DNA from: Histomonas meleagridis 2922-C6/04-290x
Taxonomy: Eukaryota > Protista > Parabasalia
NCBI GenBank assembly: GCA_020184695.1
Contig: JAANOX010000126.1
Coordinates: 186,001 to 250,000 of the forward strand
DNA length: 64,000 nucleotides
Direction of reading: 5' to 3'
Positions 1 through 10,749 of the stretch are shown one piece after another. Under the pieces are notes generated by a model that was not told where the DNA came from, did no database searches, and saw only the letters and a program-made list of their open reading frames with translations. Position 1 is the first letter of the stretch. Every line of letters starts with the position of its first letter. Made by a program: the position numbers and the translations under genes.

Positions 1-447
1 ATACATCCCAATATGACTTAAAGTAGGAGCTTCCACTGTTACTAGATTAGAGGTTTTATAAAACATATATGCATCGAATCGTGAAATATTCGCAAAATAT
101 ATATGTTTTAAACTAGTACAATATTCGAACCTCATATTAGGAATGCTTTCCAATGTAATTCCTATAGAAATGTTGATTACACTCCACATACTAAAAGTCA
201 AAATATTGGCCAAATCTTCTATGTTTGTCGTAACATTTTTAGAAATTGAAAAAGACTTTACATTCATATATGCAATGGTATCTAATTCATTGTAAACAAG
301 TTCACCACTGAGTACTTCTACATCAATTAAATTACTGTTATTGCAAAGGCGGTAAATTTCCATCATATTATTTCCAGTTGCATGAAACGTTTTATTGACA
401 AGAACTTCGAGAAGAGAGAGTGACATGTATGGAAATAGAAAAATCAT
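1..447 (-). CDS. BspA-like leucine-rich-repeat surface protein, 5' part (runs off window start)
   Basis: Hand translation from ATG at 447 is open to base 1: MIFLFPYMSLSLLEVLVNK...SIPNMRFEYCTSLKHIYFANISRFDAYMFYKTSNLVTVEAPTLSHIGMY. Hydrophobic leader plus TpLRR/BspA-like periodicity. Absent from the ORF track because there is no stop in the window. Confidence 0.6.
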   Translation of the reverse strand, partial: MIFLFPYMSLSLLEVLVNKTFHATGNNMMEIYRLCNNSNLIDVEVLSGELVYNELDTIAYMNVKSFSISKNVTTNIEDLANILTFSMWSVINISIGITLESIPNMRFEYCTSLKHIYFANISRFDAYMFYKTSNLVTVEAPTLSHIGMY

Positions 448-718
448 TTTTTTTAGAGGGCTGAATTTTTGTGAGTGGGTTAAGGGCAGTACGACCAGAT
501 ATGCATTGAAAAACAATCATGTGAATTTCATGATTTATTGAATTTTTTTGAAAAGAATTTGTATGACCCAAGTAAAACATTTTGAGAGGCTAATCATTCA
601 ATTCGTTGTTAACAACAGAAAAAACCGTGAATAAATAAAATGAAAATATTTTTATTTTGTGCTCATAAATCAGAGTATAAATCAACAAAGAATAATTCTT
701 TTCATAAACAAACAAATT

Positions 719-1222
719 CTAGTCAAAAGGACTCGGCCATAGTATATCATAGTATGCAGTATCAATGACGCTGTCAACTGCTTCTCGAGCTTTGTCTTCA
801 CTTCCAATAGAGAGTTGAACTGCTTCGATTGCCTTATTTCTTGTACATCTTTTTGTAAACCATGCTTTCCTGCACTCACAATGTTTCATTGCATGTACCT
901 CCGTTTGGGCCAGTCCAGTAATAGTTTGGATATTTATCTTGCGGTATAAGTGATCATAAGCATGGATTGATTCATGAAGTAATGCTTCTCTAAGGTTATC
1001 TTCATCAAACCCATAGGGAGAAATCCAAATCTCTTTTCTTTTTATGTTATATAATGCGCGTATTCCATCTCCACATTCTTTGATCTTGATGGGCACTTTA
1101 GTTTTTTTGTGCAAATATGAAATTTCAGAATCATTTTTTATCATCAAATCAATTTTTTCCTGAATTTCTTCTTCAGTTAAATAATTTTTCCCAAAAAAGA
1201 AATCAATTATAGCGTCAATCAT
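719..1222 (-). CDS. ATP23: ATP23-like (peptidase M76) metalloprotease
   Basis: HESIHAYDH (HExxH) followed by EVHA...CEC, matching the Atp23 pattern HELIHAYDH...EIRA...EC. First in-frame ATG at 1222 (track start 1231 is GTG). Confidence 0.75.
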   Translation of the reverse strand: MIDAIIDFFFGKNYLTEEEIQEKIDLMIKNDSEISYLHKKTKVPIKIKECGDGIRALYNIKRKEIWISPYGFDEDNLREALLHESIHAYDHLYRKINIQTITGLAQTEVHAMKHCECRKAWFTKRCTRNKAIEAVQLSIGSEDKAREAVDSVIDTAYYDILWPSPFD

Positions 1223-1234
1223 CACAAACACATA

Positions 1235-1252
1235 TAATGGGGCGCCCCATTA
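1235..1252. promoter_or_regulatory. Perfect 18-bp GC-rich palindrome TAATGGGGCGCCCCATTA in the divergent ATP23/RPL38 intergenic region
   Basis: Self-complementary by inspection. The related core GGGGYRCC recurs in other intergenic regions. Function is inferred only. Confidence 0.4.
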
Positions 1253-1303
1253 ACAAACCGCATCCTATTTACGGTTTTGACATATGCCAAATTGAAAGAC
1301 TTT

Positions 1304-1323
1304 AACGGTTTTGGCCAACCTTT
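1304..1323 (+). promoter_or_regulatory. Trichomonad core promoter: M3-like (AACGGTT, 1304-1310) plus M5-like (CCTTT, 1319-1323)
   Basis: Matches the Trichomonas vaginalis M3 and M5 core-promoter motifs, a pairing associated with ribosomal-protein genes. Lies directly upstream of the RPL38 ATG. Confidence 0.6.
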
Positions 1324-1329
1324 TCCTTC

Positions 1330-1554
1330 ATGCCAAAGTCAGTGCAAACACCAAGAAAGTTTCTTGAGCTTGCTGCTCGCCCTGATGCCAAGTGGGTCAA
1401 GGTTAAGAAAGTAAAGAATGGTGACACAAAGTTTAAGCTTAGGACTACAAGATATCTCTATACATTAACTGTCAAGCAAGCTAAATTTGTTCAACTTGTC
1501 ACCGAATCAATTCCACAAGGTCTCGAAGTCATTTATCTTGACAAACGTGAATAA
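1330..1554 (+). CDS. RPL38: 60S ribosomal protein L38
   Basis: MPK...KFLELAARPDAKWVKVKK...TKFKLRTTRYLYTL is the eL38 signature; 74 aa. Confidence 0.95.
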   Translation: MPKSVQTPRKFLELAARPDAKWVKVKKVKNGDTKFKLRTTRYLYTLTVKQAKFVQLVTESIPQGLEVIYLDKRE

Positions 1555-1830
1555 AAATCAGGATTATAATATATTCTGAGAAATTTCTATTTTGCTTTTC
1601 TATCATTTATTCCAATCCAAAGTCTTTTTTATGAGGAACATGCTATAATTTTATATGGAGAAATTCATTATGATTTCATCAACATTCCAATCATGTGTAA
1701 AATTTCAATAGAAGTCAAATAAAACAATTTTTCCTCAACGAAATAATAACATTTTTTTATGATTGAAATTTCATTAAGTTTTTCAAACAACGCTCATTAT
1801 AAAAAACATAATAAAAGATTCTAAGGAAAT

Positions 1831-2268
1831 TTAATCTTTAGAAAATTCAGTATATGATAACTGTATTTCTGGTTCTGCACCTTTGAATCCACCTTGTAAT
1901 AGTGGTGGAGCTGGAACTGGGAAGAACCAAGCGACAATGCCATAACCCACAGCGCATATCCAATAGATAATAGTACATGCAAGACCAAATCCATGTGTTG
2001 AAAAAAGTAATGCTCCTATGAAGAAATACATGATTGCCTTTCCCCAAACCTTGAGAATTAATGCGAAATATCTAAAGAATTGGAAAACATAAACTTCAAC
2101 GCATCCAAGAGCTAGTGCGATAATCATTGTATAAAGACCTCTTATGAATAGGATGAAACTAAAATCACCATCCGTACACATAAATACGATACCTGCTATG
2201 AATCCGAAAAGGGCAGCCACCAGAGAAACGATCTGTATCGCGAATAAAATCGTGCATTGCAGAGCCAT
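1831..2268 (-). CDS. COPI-associated / Tvp15-like small multi-pass Golgi membrane protein
   Basis: 145 aa, about 4 hydrophobic segments, 'FRYFALILKVWGKAIMYFFIGAL' resembles the Tvp15/COPI_assoc motif. Confidence 0.65.
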   Translation of the reverse strand: MALQCTILFAIQIVSLVAALFGFIAGIVFMCTDGDFSFILFIRGLYTMIIALALGCVEVYVFQFFRYFALILKVWGKAIMYFFIGALLFSTHGFGLACTIIYWICAVGYGIVAWFFPVPAPPLLQGGFKGAEPEIQLSYTEFSKD

Positions 2269-2471
2269 TAAAGTGAACTAAACCGAATTGAAAAGGTCGA
2301 AATTTCTGAGGACATATTTGAGCACAACACATTCAAAACCAAAAAAAAGTCATACTTAATAAACGGTCTCCAGATTATTTTAGTCAAAACTTCACCATGA
2401 AATTCACTGCTTTACATTCCAAAACTCAAGCACCGCGGTGAATAAAGTATTCAAATACTGTGATGTTTTTT

Positions 2472-4430
2472 TTATAATTCTCCAATGATGTCATCCTCGA
2501 AGTCTCCATCATCGACATCATCTTCTCCTCCTTCAATGTCCATCTTTTGCGCACTTGCATCAGCTCCTAAAACTGGTGCAAGAATTTCGGCCATTTCCTT
2601 CTTCTTTTCTTCATAGACTTCTGCATCTTCATCTTGATTTGATTCGATCCAATCCAAAGTTTCTCTAACAGATCTCTTTAATTCTCTTCTTTCATCTTCT
2701 GATAATCTTTCCTTAACTTCATCCTTCTTAAGAGCTCTCTTGCCCTGGTAGACGAACATTTCAAGATCATTTCTAGCGTTAACGCTATTCCTAGTTCTTT
2801 CATCTTCAGCAGCCCATTCTTCGGCGTTTCTAATAGCTTCTTCTCTTTCATCTTCAGAAAGTCTAGCTTCTTGTGCGTTGATAGTGATTGATTCCTTATT
2901 ATCACTTGTCATATCTTCAGCTGTAACCTTTAATATGTTATTCTGATCGAGTTCGAATGTGACTTGGAATTGGACAGATCCTCTTGGGCCGGGTGGTAAA
3001 CCTGTTAAATCGAATGAGCCGAGGAAGTGGTTATCCTTAGTCATAGCTCTTTCACCTTCGAAGATTTGGATCTTAACAGATTCTTGGTCATCACGAGCTG
3101 TTTGGAATGTGTGTGTCTTCTTTGCTGGGATACGAGTGTTACGTGGGATTAATTCGTGCATGACTCCACCGATAGTTTCGACACCTAATGTTAATGAGTT
3201 AACATTGATGATAACGATTTCTTGTGCATCTGGGTCATCGGATAAAACACCACCTTCGACAGCAGCGCCATAAGCGACAGCTTCATCTGGGTTAATTGAC
3301 TTGCATGGTGCTTTGCCATTGAAGAAATCACGAACAAGTTGTTGGATCTTTGGAAGTCTTGTAGAACCACCGACGAGAACGATTTCGTCAACTTCGTGTT
3401 TGGAGACACCGGAATCCTTAAGGACTTGTTGTACTGGTTGCATTGTCTTACGGAAGAGGTCCATATTTAACTCTTCGAAACGTGCACGTGTGAATGGTTC
3501 GGACAAATCTTCTCCATCGAAGAAGTTTTCGATTTCGATACGTGTTTGATGGAGTGTAGAGAGTGCTCTCTTTGCCTTTTCTGCTTCACGCTTAAGTTTA
3601 GCGACTGCCTTAGCATCGACTGATGCATCTTTACCTGTACGGCGCTTGAAGACATCGAGGAAATGATCAACGACACGATTATCGAAATCTTCACCTCCGA
3701 GATGTGTATCACCAGCTGTAGCGAGCACTTCAAAGAATGCATCTTCGATTGAAAGAAGAGAAACATCGAATGTACCACCTCCGAGATCGAATACGAGGAT
3801 CTTTTGGTTATCTTTCTTATCAAGTCCGTAAGCGATAGCTGCTGCTGTTGGCTCGTTAAGGATACGCTTGACATTAAGGCCTGCGATTGCGCCTGCGTCT
3901 TTCGTTGCCTTACGCTGTGCATCGTTGAAGTATGCTGGGACTGTTACGACTGCGTTTTTGATTTCCTTACCAAGATAATCTTCGGCGACACTCTTCATCT
4001 TAGAGAGGACAAGTGCTGAGATTTCTTCTGGTGAAAGGAGCTTCTTTTCGCCTTTGATTTCGAGTTCGATATAAGGTCTGTTGTCCTTGTCAACGACTTT
4101 GTATGGAAGACGTCCGATTTCACTTTGGACTTCGGCATCATCGAATCTGCGGCCAATCAAACGCTTAACTGCGAATACGGTGTTATGTGGATTTGATATT
4201 AATAATGGCATAGCTGAATCACCGACAAAGCGCTGACCTTCGCTGAAGGATACAATGGATGGTGTGATACGGTTACCGACTTCGTTGGCGATAATTTCGA
4301 CTTTTCCTTTCTGGAAAACACCGACACATGAAAACGTGGTACCAAGATCAATACCGATGACTGTTCCGATTTCGCCATCATCATCGTCAGCGGCTTGGAA
4401 GCCTAACAGAAAGAGGGCGAAGAATATCAT
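2472..4430 (-). CDS. HSPA5: ER luminal Hsp70 (BiP/GRP78)
   Basis: Signal peptide, [23 protein letters not shown] and [10 protein letters not shown] motifs, acidic tail ending GEL. Confidence 0.95.
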   Translation of the reverse strand: MIFFALFLLGFQAADDDDGEIGTVIGIDLGTTFSCVGVFQKGKVEIIANEVGNRITPSIVSFSEGQRFVGDSAMPLLISNPHNTVFAVKRLIGRRFDDAEVQSEIGRLPYKVVDKDNRPYIELEIKGEKKLLSPEEISALVLSKMKSVAEDYLGKEIKNAVVTVPAYFNDAQRKATKDAGAIAGLNVKRILNEPTAAAIAYGLDKKDNQKILVFDLGGGTFDVSLLSIEDAFFEVLATAGDTHLGGEDFDNRVVDHFLDVFKRRTGKDASVDAKAVAKLKREAEKAKRALSTLHQTRIEIENFFDGEDLSEPFTRARFEELNMDLFRKTMQPVQQVLKDSGVSKHEVDEIVLVGGSTRLPKIQQLVRDFFNGKAPCKSINPDEAVAYGAAVEGGVLSDDPDAQEIVIINVNSLTLGVETIGGVMHELIPRNTRIPAKKTHTFQTARDDQESVKIQIFEGERAMTKDNHFLGSFDLTGLPPGPRGSVQFQVTFELDQNNILKVTAEDMTSDNKESITINAQEARLSEDEREEAIRNAEEWAAEDERTRNSVNARNDLEMFVYQGKRALKKDEVKERLSEDERRELKRSVRETLDWIESNQDEDAEVYEEKKKEMAEILAPVLGADASAQKMDIEGGEDDVDDGDFEDDIIGEL

Positions 4431-5519
4431 TGTGAAAAATGGCCAACCAAACTTCTTTACAGACGGTTATAGTGAATTGATTAATTGGTTCGGCGGTTGT
4501 GCAGCCGAATAAGCACTCAAAAAATCGAATGTAGAGGTGTCATTTCTGAAAAACATGATAAAGTACAGAACAAGTTTGAGTAAAAATTATAATAATTTGA
4601 CTTTTATTGCAATTTAATTAAATTTGTAGATGAAAGGACAGTAAATAATTTGTTGTTGTTCGAAATGGATTTTGTAATTTTGTCCAAATATAACTGAAAT
4701 TTGACGTTATTATAATGAGTTTTATTGTACATTCGTTATGCGATTCAGTTATGAAAATTTTATAGTGGAGTTGAAATTGAAATAATGGGAAATTCGATTT
4801 TTCACCCGAAGCAACTATCATTCAAAAAGTAAAATTGAGAACCGTTTGGAGAAATTTGTCCAGAAATTAATGTCAAGTGTCACAAAAAGTTTTCCCTAAA
4901 AATAGAAAATTTCAGATAATGTAAAGTATTAAAAAATTGAAAAAATAAAATAAACTGATCAAAACCAAAGGAGATAATCTTTCAGCTTTATTTAATCAAT
5001 AATCAAACAAATATAAAAATCTATTATTTATTTTTGAATTTCATTAAAAATTTTATGTGTTTCACAATTCATGATATATTACAATGTAGTTACAATGTAT
5101 TCTTTCATGAAAAAGAATGATTTCTTAAAAAATTGATAATTTCAAATTCACTTATGAAAAATATTTCAAAAAAAATTATTTCTTAAATTGTGATATAATT
5201 TTTTCATTAAACAATACAAGATGATTCTTATATTCCAATTTTTCATCATGGTAATATTTTAGGCTGCCCCAAAATTGATTGAAGCAAATTTCATTCAAAA
5301 GTCATAAATACGATTGCATTCAACACAAAGTGTCTGTTTTTAGTCGTTATTTGAGTAGAGATCAGTTTTGTCAGTTGGCGTCATATGATCGAATTTGATT
5401 GAAACATTTTTATCGGCAGCGTTATCTAATTTTGTGTATTTATCGATACATCTTCGATCATTTCGAATTCAAATTTTTTCGCGCCGTCATTGAATTATTA
5501 AAAAGTGACACAGCTGAAC

Positions 5520-5921
5520 ATGTCCAACGAAATTGATCAACTCGTTGCAAATAACTCTCAATGGTCAAACTCTCTCTTCTTTCTTGAAGACAAAACAATT
5601 CTTTCTTCATCAGTTGAAGGAATAACACCAGAGCAAATTCAAGTTTATCTTGATTTATTTAAAGACTATGATGATACAATCAAGGCTGGAATCACATACA
5701 ATGGCGTTCATTATCACGTTCATCGCTTTTATGATGGATTAATGTATGGTAGAGCTGATCCAAATACAAACCGAACTGATGGTTTCTGCTTATACAGAAC
5801 AAATAGAGATGGAAAGCAGCCACTCTTTGTCTTGATAACTTACGAACTTCCAAATGTATCTGCTAAAATTATTCCAGAAATGGCTAAACAAGTAGAAGCT
5901 ATAAAGAACCAAATTCAATAA
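5520..5921 (+). CDS. Profilin-like protein
   Basis: About 133 aa from ATG 5520; 'GITYNGVHYHVHRFYDGLMYGR' and a C-terminal amphipathic helix fit the profilin fold. Confidence 0.7.
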   Translation: MSNEIDQLVANNSQWSNSLFFLEDKTILSSSVEGITPEQIQVYLDLFKDYDDTIKAGITYNGVHYHVHRFYDGLMYGRADPNTNRTDGFCLYRTNRDGKQPLFVLITYELPNVSAKIIPEMAKQVEAIKNQIQ

Positions 5922-6153
5922 AAAATAATTCATTAACATTTTCCATATGTTTTATTTGTGGATAATTGTAAATTTAATTATGTATTAAAAAGCTTGCGAG
6001 AATTCCTGTGTTGTAAGTTAACATCACATTCTTTATTACTTCGAAGCATTATCACATTTTCATTGGAAATATTTTAATGAAAGTTTCTTCTGCAAGCATT
6101 AGAAATGAATTTGTTGTGGCGTTTCTATATATTACAAAAAAGTGTATACTGAT

Positions 6154-7284
6154 ATGGATAACGAATTTGAAGAAATAAAAACAAAAATCATAGATAATGG
6201 AACATATGAAATGAAAGCCGGATTTGCAGGTGAGGAGGAACCCTCCATTTATGAGTGCTCAATGATTTGTTATCCTAAGAACGAAAAGGATATAAAATTA
6301 CATGGTTCATTTTATGTTGGTGAAAACAAAGTAAATGAATTACGTGAAATTAGAAATCCAATTGAGCATGGGGCTATTAAAAATTGGGATGACATGGAAA
6401 TAATCTGGGATTTTATTTTTAAACAAATGTCTTCATCCCAATTATCTCCAAACCAGTCAGTGTTCCTCATTGATAGCCTTTTAAACCCTAAGATTAATAG
6501 AGCTAAAATGTCTGAGATTATGTTTGAAAAATATAATTTCCAATATTTTTACTCAGGAAATCAATCCCCTATTGCTCTATATAGCGGAGGTCGTAAATCA
6601 GGTGTTTCTGTTAACATTGGCGAGGGTACTACACAAATTGTTCCGGTGAATGAAGGAATACCAATTTTTAATGCAATTTCTGAACTTAACATTTCCGGTA
6701 TTGAAATCAAGCAAATGTTTAAAAATTTTCTTTCTGATCGCGGTTATTCTTTTAATGATCCGACCACTTCAATATGGAATACGATTATATCAAATGCTCT
6801 CTATGTTGCCAACGACTATGAATCAGAACTTACCAAAGCCAAAACAAGTCATAAATGCGACATGACAATCCATATTAATGAAACACAAGAAATTACTATT
6901 TCATATGAAAGGTTTTGTTGTTATGAACAATTATTCCGAAGACAAATAAACGGATTTAATGAAAAGGGAATTGTAGACATTTTATATGATTCGATTATGA
7001 GCGTCGACAGGAAAGAAAGAAAATATTTTTGTGTTAACATTTGTTTATTTGGCGGCTCATCACTTGTTGATGGTTTAGCTGAGAGAATTATGAACGAGCT
7101 CAGCAACAAAGTTAAAAAAGAAATTGGAATGACAATCGTTAGGTCTTCTCCTGAAAGAAGAATTTCGAGTTGGATTGGCGCATCAGTATTTGCATCGTTG
7201 CCATATTACGAGCAAATGTATATAAGAAAAAAAGAGTATGATGAATATGGTGTATCTCTTGTATTAAATAAATGTTTTTATTAA
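6154..7284 (+). CDS. Divergent actin-like / actin-related protein
   Basis: IIDNGTYEMKAGFAG, PIEHGAIKNWDDME, LFGGSSL, SWIGASVFASL and EYDEYG actin-family motifs. ATG at 6154 (track start is GTG). Confidence 0.9.
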   Translation: MDNEFEEIKTKIIDNGTYEMKAGFAGEEEPSIYECSMICYPKNEKDIKLHGSFYVGENKVNELREIRNPIEHGAIKNWDDMEIIWDFIFKQMSSSQLSPNQSVFLIDSLLNPKINRAKMSEIMFEKYNFQYFYSGNQSPIALYSGGRKSGVSVNIGEGTTQIVPVNEGIPIFNAISELNISGIEIKQMFKNFLSDRGYSFNDPTTSIWNTIISNALYVANDYESELTKAKTSHKCDMTIHINETQEITISYERFCCYEQLFRRQINGFNEKGIVDILYDSIMSVDRKERKYFCVNICLFGGSSLVDGLAERIMNELSNKVKKEIGMTIVRSSPERRISSWIGASVFASLPYYEQMYIRKKEYDEYGVSLVLNKCFY

Positions 7285-10200
7285 AATAATTTCCTAAGTT
7301 TTCGATATGCGCTCAGTACAACTCCTTTCAATTCTTCAACATATCGAAAGAATTTCTCGCCAGTTTCCTGATCTAACATAACTCGCTTTAAGAACTCTAT
7401 TAATGCCCCATTCATTTCATTAATATTTCTTATAGCTCCTACATAACATAAACCTAAAGTTGCCAAATTAAATCGAATTTGTTCATCGTTGCATAAACCA
7501 TTCAATGTGCAAAACTCACAAAAGTCGTTAACGGTCTCCGTGGCACTTTCTTCAGAAATCGATGTTATCGGCAAACACAAAATAATTTGTTGAATTAGAA
7601 ACATATTATCAACACCTTTTTGGTTTAATACTTTTGCTATTTTAATTAACCAAGGAACAAAGTAATATTTTGTATATGAACTATTTTGGATTATATTAAA
7701 TATGAAATTAATTCCATTCATTAATAAATCATTTGAAAGTTTACCTGAAGCCAAAACGATAGGAAATGATTCAATGAAATTGTACGTTGGGTTACCGAAA
7801 CCGAAATTCTGTATGAAAAAGTTATAAAAATTGAGGGCGTCACTTTCCTGTGACAAACTGCAATAGTATATATACGACCGTTTAACGATATAAGTGAATG
7901 AAATGTCAAAGTTTTGTGGGTTAAATTCGAACATTTTTTCTAACAATTGTTTATAAATGTTATTCATTGTTTGAGGGTAATATCTGAATAATATGTTAAA
8001 CAACATCGCTATTTGTTGAGAAGGTCCGTCTATAAAACTCGACAAATTATAATTAAATTGATTATATTCTTTATCGTTATGTAATTTCATGATTGGTATC
8101 ATTTTATTCATTAAGTTTAATATACATTGTATTATATTTACTACATGACTTTGTTCATTTGGATTAATCTGTATAATTTTAATAATTAATTTAATGAAAC
8201 AACGTATGAACAATTCGATTCCATCTTCATTATTTTCGATTGATAATAAATTGAACATATTCATATAACCATTAAAGAATATACTTAATAACTCATTAAT
8301 TTTTGGTGTATCATTCGAAAATATATTCAACAAATTCGTAATGATTTCAGCATTAGTGATAGTGATCGAATCGGAATAACGCTCTTCGAAGTTTTTAATG
8401 ATTGTGTTAATTATATCATTTAAATATGGAATGATGAAATTAGTACAATGTGTAATGAATATATTTAATGCTTCTAATGCTTCTAATATATCATTAACTT
8501 GATTATAGTTTATACATTTTATAATGTTCTCTGATGGTATAGTTATTATATGTTCGGAAGTAAAATCAATTCGTGATTTAGTGATAGGATATACATTATA
8601 TTCGATTTCTTGTATCGCAATATTAATAATTAATTTTAAGATGTTTTCAAACGTGTTTTGTAATAAGTTCGGTGTGCTCGAACTTACTTTTCGTATTAAG
8701 TTTATTAATATTTTATGTTCTTTACTTGTTAATTCTTCAAAATTAGTTTTACAGATAAAAATTAATAAGAAATTAATAACTTCCGAATATTGTTCAATAG
8801 GAATTACATCATTATAATGTGTTATGGATTCGATACATGAGAAAAACAAATTTCGATCAAAATGTTGTCCGATATCTTTAATGACAACAATTAAAAACTC
8901 AAATAATTGCGCCATATATTGTATGAAGTCTGTGCCTATTGCATATTTACATGCATTACAAATTTTTAAGATACAAATTTGTTGGAATGAATTTGTTACT
9001 TTTAATAATGGTAAAAACAAATTCATTAAAGTCGGTACATAATCACTAATTGTATCTTTAAATGAAATACAATAAGTTTTAACAGCAGAAAAAATGGCGT
9101 TTTGAATATATATATTTGTGTTACCATTTTGTATGTTTATGATTTGTTCACATAATACTTTGAGAAATATTTCAGGAGAAAATTCATGTTCATCTAAAGT
9201 AACTGCGCGACAAACTTTCTCAAACGTTTGTAATGAATAAAACTTAATGATATCATTCGGACAGATAAAAGCTAATGGAAATATAACTGGATATAACTCA
9301 TGATGAATTTCATATGGTCCTAACATTTGCGTGAATTCTTTGATGATACAACCAAACGCAATGATTTTACTTAAGTCTAATTCTTGCTGAAGTGAGAAAA
9401 AGATATTATACCAATATTCAGTTGCTTTGATATTACCATTATATACTTCTGATAATGTGGTTAAACTACTCTTAATTATCAATGAAATATTCCCATTAAT
9501 TTCATCTGTGGAGTCTAAATGATATTCGCATTGTGATAATAAATGAATTAATAAGTCACAAAATGTTGGATATTGTGGTAACATAATGACACATAACGTA
9601 GTGGATGAAAATAAATTGGTTAAAAATAATATACATTGGATACGGATGATTTCGTCAATGTTAGGATTCGATATTAATGAAAATGTGATTGGGAAAAATT
9701 TATCAGTGATTATCGATGGCTTGAAAAATGTGGGGTTTTCTTCCGAAAAATTGTCAATTTCATTCATAAGTGTCTTAAGAAGATCAAATGGGACATTTGG
9801 TAAATTATCAATTATTGGTATTGAATAACTCGATAAGTCAAGATTTGATTGATTAACAATAGAAAAAAGTAAGGAAACAGAAGAGACAAAATTAACAGGT
9901 GAGGTAAGATTTGATAATGACTCATGAATAAAATTGGATAATTCTTGATGTTCTGAAAATATAATGGAATTATTATTAATACAATACGTGAGGCATTGTA
10001 CAGCTGAAGATGATATGAGTGGATCAGCAGATTGGATTATTTCAACTAACGAGGAATAAAGTGATTCCCATTGTTTATTCTGTGAATATATTTTGGCATA
10101 TTTACTAACTGTGTTAGAAATTTGTGAAAGTGTGTAAGCTGTTAAAGATGGAAGATTAAACGATTTAACCAGAAAAGTTTGAAATGAATTATGAAAATTT

Positions 10201-10433
10201 GGATCATTAACTTCTAACAAATGTGTAACTACTACATCAGCAACTCGTCCAAGTAAAATGAATGATATGTCTCTTGTATCAAATGGCTCTGTTAATATAT
10301 TTTGAATTAAACAATTTATAAAAAGAATTGGGTTAGATTCCATCATTGATGTAATTTGAGCATTTGCTTCTCGCAAATTATTTCCCCCGGTGATTAATGG
10401 ATTTAATAATTGGCGGAATTCCCCAATGTTCAT
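7281..10433 (-). CDS. HEAT/ARM-repeat protein, importin-beta (karyopherin) like
   Basis: About 1050 aa helical, hydrophobic repeats; N-terminus 'LLNPLITGGNNLREANAQI' resembles IBN_N. Likely start at ATG 10433. Confidence 0.55.
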   Translation of the reverse strand: MNIGEFRQLLNPLITGGNNLREANAQITSMMESNPILFINCLIQNILTEPFDTRDISFILLGRVADVVVTHLLEVNDPNFHNSFQTFLVKSFNLPSLTAYTLSQISNTVSKYAKIYSQNKQWESLYSSLVEIIQSADPLISSSAVQCLTYCINNNSIIFSEHQELSNFIHESLSNLTSPVNFVSSVSLLFSIVNQSNLDLSSYSIPIIDNLPNVPFDLLKTLMNEIDNFSEENPTFFKPSIITDKFFPITFSLISNPNIDEIIRIQCILFLTNLFSSTTLCVIMLPQYPTFCDLLIHLLSQCEYHLDSTDEINGNISLIIKSSLTTLSEVYNGNIKATEYWYNIFFSLQQELDLSKIIAFGCIIKEFTQMLGPYEIHHELYPVIFPLAFICPNDIIKFYSLQTFEKVCRAVTLDEHEFSPEIFLKVLCEQIINIQNGNTNIYIQNAIFSAVKTYCISFKDTISDYVPTLMNLFLPLLKVTNSFQQICILKICNACKYAIGTDFIQYMAQLFEFLIVVIKDIGQHFDRNLFFSCIESITHYNDVIPIEQYSEVINFLLIFICKTNFEELTSKEHKILINLIRKVSSSTPNLLQNTFENILKLIINIAIQEIEYNVYPITKSRIDFTSEHIITIPSENIIKCINYNQVNDILEALEALNIFITHCTNFIIPYLNDIINTIIKNFEERYSDSITITNAEIITNLLNIFSNDTPKINELLSIFFNGYMNMFNLLSIENNEDGIELFIRCFIKLIIKIIQINPNEQSHVVNIIQCILNLMNKMIPIMKLHNDKEYNQFNYNLSSFIDGPSQQIAMLFNILFRYYPQTMNNIYKQLLEKMFEFNPQNFDISFTYIVKRSYIYYCSLSQESDALNFYNFFIQNFGFGNPTYNFIESFPIVLASGKLSNDLLMNGINFIFNIIQNSSYTKYYFVPWLIKIAKVLNQKGVDNMFLIQQIILCLPITSISEESATETVNDFCEFCTLNGLCNDEQIRFNLATLGLCYVGAIRNINEMNGALIEFLKRVMLDQETGEKFFRYVEELKGVVLSAYRKLRKLF

Positions 10434-10749
10434 TTGTATGGTTAACGTACTTAGACTCATCAAAGGAACCGTTAAGAAGAAAACTTTCTCCATTTTCTTT
10501 CAATAAAGCAATCAGAGATCAGATCCTAATATTTAAATTTCCTACATTAGTTAAAATAGTTATTTTATTCACAAAAAAAAATTTCATGTAATTAAATAAG
10601 ATTGGAAATTTCAGAAAAACAAATAACTAAATCAATTAAAACGTAATAATTCCTTTTTTGGTATTATTTCACGCTAATAGAGTTGTACTTTATGAAAATT
10701 ATCCATGAAAAAAAATATCGTATTTATAACATTTACTATATAATAAGTG

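Noticed and set aside
2678-4512. Several antisense/alternate-frame ORFs over BiP (and similar ones over NAPRT, RAD23, the carrier and the coiled-coil gene)
   Set aside because: Shadow ORFs caused by codon bias of the real gene; no motifs.
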